Made by a program: the position numbers and the translations under genes
Notes under the pieces: generated by a model
What the model was told of the DNA's origin: nothing
The model's input: the letters and a program-made list of their open reading frames with translations, nothing else
Database searches by the model: none
In this document: one piece after another, positions 33,101 through 38,334 of the stretch
Layout: each line of letters starts with the position of its first letter
Numbering within the stretch: the first letter of the stretch is position 1
DNA from: Candidatus Methylomirabilia bacterium
GTDB lineage: Bacteria > Methylomirabilota > Methylomirabilia > Rokubacteriales > CSP1-6
DNA length: 38,334 nt
Assembly: GCA_041492755.1 (NCBI GenBank)
Contig: JBGPXN010000026.1
Span: 1 to 38,334, forward strand
Reading direction: 5' to 3'

Positions 33101-33637
33101 TCACGGCGCCTTCTTGACCACCACTCCGCAGGCGATCCGGTTCCCGCTGTTGCCGGTGGGATCCGTGCGATGGTCATCGGGCGCGGCGTGGATCACCAGC
33201 GCGGTGCCGTCCCGGTCGAGCAGCGAGTTCGATCCGGCACCGAGCGTGATCCGGTAGTTGCTCGTCTCGAATCGGCCGGTGCCGTCGCTCTCGATCCGGA
33301 TGGTCGGCAGATCGCCGGCGTGTGGACCGGCCGGATTGAGCATGCCGTGTTGCTTCTGGTCGGGGTTGAAGTGCGCGCCCGCCGAGCTGAACCGCGGGAC
33401 CGCGCACGTGCCCACCTCGTGCAGATGCACCGCCTTGTCGCCGGGCGGCAGGCCGCGCGCTTCGAGCACCACGCGCACCACCGAGCGCACCTCGGTGAAC
33501 GTCGCGTTGCCGACGATCTGGCCGCTGGCGTTCCTGAGCTCGGCGGTTGCCGTGGCGCCGGTGGAGCCGGCCGGCACCACCCCCGCGCACCCGGCAGCGG
33601 CGAGCGCCAGGGCCACGGGGATGGCGGTGCGGGTCAT
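33101..33637 (-). CDS. sodC: Cu/Zn superoxide dismutase lipoprotein
   Basis: Lipobox AAGC; HLHE, SAG.HFNP...HG...HAGDL, VIHA..DD, GNSG.RIACG. Confidence 0.93.
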   Translation of the reverse strand: MTRTAIPVALALAAAGCAGVVPAGSTGATATAELRNASGQIVGNATFTEVRSVVRVVLEARGLPPGDKAVHLHEVGTCAVPRFSSAGAHFNPDQKQHGMLNPAGPHAGDLPTIRIESDGTGRFETSNYRITLGAGSNSLLDRDGTALVIHAAPDDHRTDPTGNSGNRIACGVVVKKAP

Positions 33638-33680
33638 GCGCCGGCGGCGACCTTCGCTTTGAGGGCGTCGGCCGCCGCGC

Positions 33681-34850
33681 TCACCGTGTCGCTCCGAACT
33701 CGCGCCGCACCCGCCCGAGCAGCTCGGCGTCGCCGAGCAGGTCGGCCGTCGTCATCGCCATCGCCTTGGCCGCGCTGAGCAAGCCCTCGCGCGCGATCGG
33801 CGTCACCGCGGCCGCCTCGAAGGCGCGGGAGTGGATGGGCGTGCCGTCGGGCGCGATCTTCACGAGCGGCTGGATGGTGGGAATCACCTGGCTCACGTTG
33901 CCGACGTCGGACGAGCCGAGGCGATCCTTCACCGGCGGCGACTCCGTGACCCCGAGGATGTTCATGTTGGCCCGGAAGGTATCGAGGAGCGCGTCGTTCC
34001 GCTTGAGCGGCTCGTAGGCCGCGTCGTTCTCGACCATCGACAGCGTGCAGCCGGTGGACCGCGCGGCGCCCTCGGCGCACGCCACCACCCGCGTGTGCAG
34101 CGCCCACATGTAGTCGATCCGGGCCGCGCGGACGTAGAAGAGGCAGGCCGCCGTCTCCGGGATGATGTTGGGCGCGGCGCCGCCGTTGGTGACGATTCCA
34201 TGGATGCGCGCATCGGTGCGCATCTGCTGGCGCAGCATGGCGACGTTGTTGAACGTCTGGATCACCGCATCGAGCGCGTTGACGCCTTCCCACGGATCGG
34301 CGGAGGCGTGCGCGGCCTTGCCCGTGAACTCGAAGGCCACGCGCACGATCCCGAGCAAATCCTGATGCCCGATCCATTGGTCCCACCCGTGGATCATCAT
34401 CGCGGCGTCGACGCGCTCGAACACGCCACCGCGGATCAGGCGGATCTTGCCGCCGCCGCCCTCCTCGGCCGGGGTGCCGATGACGTGCACGCGTCCCCGC
34501 GGCAACTGGTCGCGCACCGCCGCCAGCGCGGCGCCGGCCCCCGCGCCCGCGGCGGCGATCACGTTGTGACCGCACGCGTGGCCGATGGCGGGCAGCGCGT
34601 CGTATTCGCACATGATGGCGATGGTGGGACCGTCCCCCGTCTCGATGGTGGCGCGGAACGCCGTGTCCACGCCGCCGACGCCGCGCTCGAGCTTGAACCC
34701 CTTGGCGGCGAGGAACTCCGTGAGCCAGCCCGATGCCTTCACTTCCTGGTAGCCGAGCTCGGGGTTGTCGTGGATACGACGGGAGAGCTGCTCCAGCTCG
34801 TTGCCGAGACGATCGACCGCCTGGCTGATGGAATCCTTGATGGCGCTCAT
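33681..34850 (-). CDS. M20 family amidohydrolase (ACY1L2/AbgB-like)
   Basis: H.NPELG..E, EYDALP.IGHACGHN, GTPAEEGGGGK, GKAAHA..PW.G.NALDA, GS.D.GNVS, IHS. Confidence 0.92.
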   Translation of the reverse strand: MSAIKDSISQAVDRLGNELEQLSRRIHDNPELGYQEVKASGWLTEFLAAKGFKLERGVGGVDTAFRATIETGDGPTIAIMCEYDALPAIGHACGHNVIAAAGAGAGAALAAVRDQLPRGRVHVIGTPAEEGGGGKIRLIRGGVFERVDAAMMIHGWDQWIGHQDLLGIVRVAFEFTGKAAHASADPWEGVNALDAVIQTFNNVAMLRQQMRTDARIHGIVTNGGAAPNIIPETAACLFYVRAARIDYMWALHTRVVACAEGAARSTGCTLSMVENDAAYEPLKRNDALLDTFRANMNILGVTESPPVKDRLGSSDVGNVSQVIPTIQPLVKIAPDGTPIHSRAFEAAAVTPIAREGLLSAAKAMAMTTADLLGDAELLGRVRREFGATR

Positions 34851-34956
34851 GCGGGATCTCCTGACATGGGGAATCGGCTCCTTCGGGTGGGACCGGGTCG
34901 AATATATCACCGTGTGCTAGAGTCGGCGCCGCGCCCGCCGCGCGAGGAGGTCGAGC

Positions 34957-35874
34957 ATGAACGCGGGGATTCCACTGGGGATCGCGATTCCGCAGACGTT
35001 TCTCGACGGACGCGTGGACACCAAGCGCATTCGCGACGTGGTGCAGCGGGCGGAGCAGCTCGGATTCGAGAGCGCGTGGGTGGTGGAGCAGATCGTCAGC
35101 GGCATCTGCGCGCTCGAGCCGCTCGAGTTGATGACCTGGGTCGCCGCCCTCACCACCCGGCTGCGTGTCGGCGCCGCCGTGTTGCTGAGCGGCATGCACA
35201 ACCCGGTGCAGCTCGCCAAGCGACTGGCCACCCTCGATCAGCTGAGCGACGGCCGGCTCGACGTCGGCGTCGGTCTCGGCAACCAGCGCGTGTGGGTCAA
35301 CAACGGGCTTGCCACCGACGACCGCGCGGAGCGGTTCGCCGAGGGCGTGCAGCTGATGAAGCGGCTGTGGACCGAGCCGCGCGTGACCTTTGCGGGGCGG
35401 TTCTACGCGTTGCACGACGCGCCCATGGAGCCGAAGCCGCGGCAGCGACCGCACCCACCGCTGTGGTTCGGCGGCCATCACCCCAACGCGCTCCGTCGGG
35501 CCGTCGACGTGGGAGACGGCTTCATGGGTGCGGGCTCGGCGAGCACCGCGGAGTTCGCCGCCGAGGTGAAAGTCCTGCGCGGACTCCTGACCGACGCCGG
35601 CCGGGATCCCGCCGCGTTTCCCATCGGCAAGCGCGTGTACATCGCCGTCGACCGCGACCCCGGCCGCGCCGCCGCCCGGCTCGGGGAATGGTTCGGCGCC
35701 TTCTACGGCCGCCCGGAGCTGGCCGCCGAAGTCTCGGTGTGGGGCGACGCCAGGACCTGCCGCGATCGCCTCGCCGACGTGCTCGACGCCGGGGCCCGCT
35801 CGCTGCTGCTCAACCCGGTGTTCGACGAACCCGAACAGCTGGAGCGCCTGGCGGAAATCGCCGAGACCCTGTAA
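34957..35874 (+). CDS. LLM-class flavin/F420-dependent oxidoreductase
   Basis: AEQLGFES.WV.E, NPV.LAK.LATLDQLS.GRL.VGVGLG, PKP.Q.PHPP.WFGG. Confidence 0.92.
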   Translation: MNAGIPLGIAIPQTFLDGRVDTKRIRDVVQRAEQLGFESAWVVEQIVSGICALEPLELMTWVAALTTRLRVGAAVLLSGMHNPVQLAKRLATLDQLSDGRLDVGVGLGNQRVWVNNGLATDDRAERFAEGVQLMKRLWTEPRVTFAGRFYALHDAPMEPKPRQRPHPPLWFGGHHPNALRRAVDVGDGFMGAGSASTAEFAAEVKVLRGLLTDAGRDPAAFPIGKRVYIAVDRDPGRAAARLGEWFGAFYGRPELAAEVSVWGDARTCRDRLADVLDAGARSLLLNPVFDEPEQLERLAEIAETL

Positions 35875-35931
35875 CTCACGCTCGCGCGCACCGGCCGGGC
35901 TGAGCGCGTCTTCGACCGGGCGCTCCGGCGC

Positions 35932-36354
35932 TCAGCGGCGCCGGGTGAGGTCCGCGACGACCTGCGCGAGCGTCTCCGGGGAGACCGGCTTGGGCAGATG
36001 CACCTGAAAGCCCGCCTCGAGCGCGCGGTCGCGGTCTTCGACTCGGGCGTGTGCGGTGAGCGCGATGGCGGGGATGCCGGCGAGCCGCGGCTCGAGCGCA
36101 CGGATTTTGCGGATCAGGGCATGGCCGTCCTCGAACGGCATCGCGATGTCGGCCACCATGACATCGGGACTGAACCACGTGAGCACGCCGAGCGCTTCGC
36201 TCACCGACGCGGCGGTGGCGACTTTGGCGCCGCACTGCTCGAGGACCACGCCCACCAGGTCGCGCGTGTCCGGCTCGTCGTCCACGACGAGGACGCGCGT
36301 GCCGTCCAGCCGGACGGGCACGGCGAGCTCACCCTCGATCACCCACGCGCGCAC
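35932..36354 (-). CDS. Stand-alone response regulator receiver
   Basis: VLVVDDE.D.R, PDV.V.DIAMP.EDG, IALTA.AR.EDR..AL.AGF..H..KP; start uncertain. Confidence 0.88.
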   Translation of the reverse strand: MRAWVIEGELAVPVRLDGTRVLVVDDEPDTRDLVGVVLEQCGAKVATAASVSEALGVLTWFSPDVMVADIAMPFEDGHALIRKIRALEPRLAGIPAIALTAHARVEDRDRALEAGFQVHLPKPVSPETLAQVVADLTRRR

Positions 36355-36427
36355 TCCCGTTGCTCGGCGACCTTCCGCACGCTGCGATCCGCCGCACGCG
36401 GCCGGGCTGGTGTAGGCTAGCCCCCGC

Positions 36428-36504
36428 GCGCCCGTAGCTCAGTTGGACAGAGCGTCGGACTTCGAATCCGAAGGTCGCAGGTTCGATCCCTGCCGGGCGC
36501 ACCA
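36428..36504 (+). tRNA. tRNA-Arg, anticodon UCG
   Basis: Acceptor GCGCCCG/CGGGCGC + ACCA; D arm TAGCTCAGTTGGACAGAGC; anticodon arm TCGGA-CT TCG AA-TCCGA; T arm GCAGG-TTCGATC-CCTGC. Confidence 0.97.
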
Positions 36505-36608
36505 ATCACGACAACTACTTACGACGAGTTGACCACCGGCCCCTGTGATAGTTCCCGGCCAAATTGTGATAGAGACGCGCCAGAAGTCCCCGAGCTCGTC
36601 GAACCGCG

Positions 36609-37493
36609 CTATCCCAGCCTTCGATCAAACCAAGAGAATCGGCGCTCAAGGTGCTGTCCGGCGGCGTGAACAAGGACCGCCGGCGCGGCCCATACGGCGA
36701 AGAGCACACCGATGAACGCCAATGTTCTTAGCGCGGATAGACCCGGTGTGGCGACGATCCAGGCGCAAGGGCCAGGACCAGTTCCAGAACAAAGATGAAC
36801 GCGGAGTTGCCGTGCTCGCGAAGGTGGCGATACGTGTCGATCAAGTCACGACGCCAGCGGATAATGACGTGCTGGCCCTGCGGCTCGCCTGCGTTCGGGT
36901 CGTTCAGGTTGTCGGGTGAAGGCCCCGCCGCCTGCATTGCCCCGTAGACTTCTTCGATGACGCCGCGTCGGCGGGCCAGCGAATACGCGAAGCCGAACAT
37001 CGGGCTAACTAACCGCTCCTTGCAGCCCGTCCACCGTGACCCTGGGAAATACGCTGAGCGCCAGCCTTGCTATTTGAACGGCGCTGAACAGCGCCGCTAG
37101 AAGGATCGCGAGGTGCCCACGTGACTCAAGGGGCACGCACCGCGGAAGGAGCAGGACGGCGAGGCCGAGGACAAGGGTTGCTCCATAGCCATCAAGCAGC
37201 CGCGTAAATCCGTAGCCCCTCAACGGCTGGTTCAGGACCCTCGTGGCGTGAAACGACAGAACCGGATACGACGCGATATAGCAGAACAGGTTTCCGTACA
37301 AGAAGAGGAGCGTGAGGCTCGCCGTGTTGAGGTCAGCGACCCGGGAGGGCAACAAGAGTAGACCACGGAGCGGCTCGGCGGCGATCGCGCCGAGCCACAT
37401 AACAATCGCCGTACCTGCGATGGAAGGCATGAGGTAACGGACGAGATAGCTTTCCCACCACCGATTCGAAGAGCTGTCTGTGGGCACGCTCAC
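36609..37493 (-). pseudogene. Multi-TM membrane protein of unknown function, broken by two frameshifts
   Basis: NRWWESYLVRY..(TM)..AVS | 4-bp CTAA duplication at 37005-37012 | PMFGF..YRHLREHGNSAFIF..LA | shift near 36768 | CAWIV..W..P...H..GQHLERRFSWFDRRLG*. Confidence 0.7.
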
Positions 37494-37862
37494 CGCCGTG
37501 GTCCTCAACTAAGCAACGAAGTGAATAGAGGGTCGAATTATAGGTCATACGATCACCGGCAAAGCCGGGCGCGCGAGAACATCGAATCACGACTCGCAGG
37601 GTCAGTCCCCGCGTACGGGGCCGGCGCGGGAGTCAATCCGCTTCACGGTCCCCGCGGTGCCCGGCGCTCCTTCCCCCCGGGCGGGACGAGTCCACCTCTC
37701 AACGACGGGGGCGGCCGTGTCTGATCTTCGACCGCGGGAATCTCCCGGTTCGACCGCGCGGGTGCCGGAGTTCAATCCCCGAAGCGTACCCGCGGGGGTC
37801 ATGAGTCCACATCTACGCCGACCTTCTTGCATTGCGCGACGAAGCCCAGCGATACTGAGGTG

Positions 37863-38334
37863 ATGTTCGCACCCACGATCGCGGACTACTACCGGTACGC
37901 ACTGGATGCAGCGCGCAAGGAGGTGTTCGAGACACCCGACGAGCGAGTCGTCGGTATGGAGACGGAAGAGTGGGCGACTTACCTCATCACGAAGTATGTG
38001 ATGGAGCCTGTCGAAGTCGAGCCCGGAGCGACCATGACCATGCACGAGACGACCTCGGAGCGTGGGTACGCGGCGTTCCGCGTCGTTCTGCCCGTCGTCT
38101 GGACTGACACGCTCGCGGTGATCGCCAAGGAGGGACTGGCGGGTCAGGGCGCGTGGATGGGGTTCGACTACACCGACTTTTTCGACCTTCATCGGTTTCC
38201 TGAGACGATCGGGCTGATGGTCCCGGACAGTCCAAACAAGGTCAACGAGATCAACGGCGTCAAAGGCAAGATCAACGAGTACATCAAGTCGTTGAATACC
38301 GCCATCAGCCTTGAGAACGAGACGTTTCCCGATC
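37863..38334 (+). CDS. Hypothetical protein, 5' part (runs off the window; absent from the ORF track)
   Basis: GAGG then GTG/ATG; about 157 open codons MFAPTIADYYRYALDAARKEVFETPDERVVGMETEEWATYLITKYVMEP... with protein-like composition. Confidence 0.7.
   Translation, partial: MFAPTIADYYRYALDAARKEVFETPDERVVGMETEEWATYLITKYVMEPVEVEPGATMTMHETTSERGYAAFRVVLPVVWTDTLAVIAKEGLAGQGAWMGFDYTDFFDLHRFPETIGLMVPDSPNKVNEINGVKGKINEYIKSLNTAISLENETFPD

Larger units (their letters stand above)
36505..38334. mobile_element. Probable tRNA-anchored genomic island (left part only)
   Basis: Visible drop in GC and change in codon usage immediately after the tRNA CCA; repeated tgtgatag motif; orphan and pseudogene content. 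No integrase in the window. Confidence 0.5.

Overview
High-GC bacterial chromosome window. Gene content (three LLM-class oxidoreductases, tol-pal, G-run palindromic intergenic repeats) suggests a Rokubacteria/Methylomirabilota-like diderm; this is inference only. Left to right: (1) a complete tolQ-tolR-tolA-tolB-pal-cpoB operon on the minus strand; (2) mixed housekeeping and accessory genes: LolA-like, RNase Z-like, mpg, ThrC-like, glycosyltransferase, a degenerate dihydroorotate-dehydrogenase-like gene with an apparent non-AUG start, plsY, MFS, LLM, VOC-like; (3) an ~8 kb decaying signalling cassette (15493-23700) that opens with an IS1182-type remnant and centres on an intact 1915-aa soluble hybrid histidine kinase with 11 PAS domains, nine of them an exact 372-bp tandem array with 4-unit higher-order periodicity; (4) a four-gene operon (HAD-IB, LarA-like, stand-alone fatty acyl-CoA reductase, NAD epimerase) resembling the myxobacterial elb ether-lipid cluster but with a reductase-only ElbD; (5) LLM, cupin, double-domain ThyX, DinB, PaaI, SodC, M20 amidohydrolase, LLM and a receiver protein; (6) tRNA-Arg(UCG), followed by a probable integrated island containing a doubly frameshifted membrane-protein gene and an unannotated ORF that runs off the window. 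All product calls come from motif recognition by eye; no database search was run.
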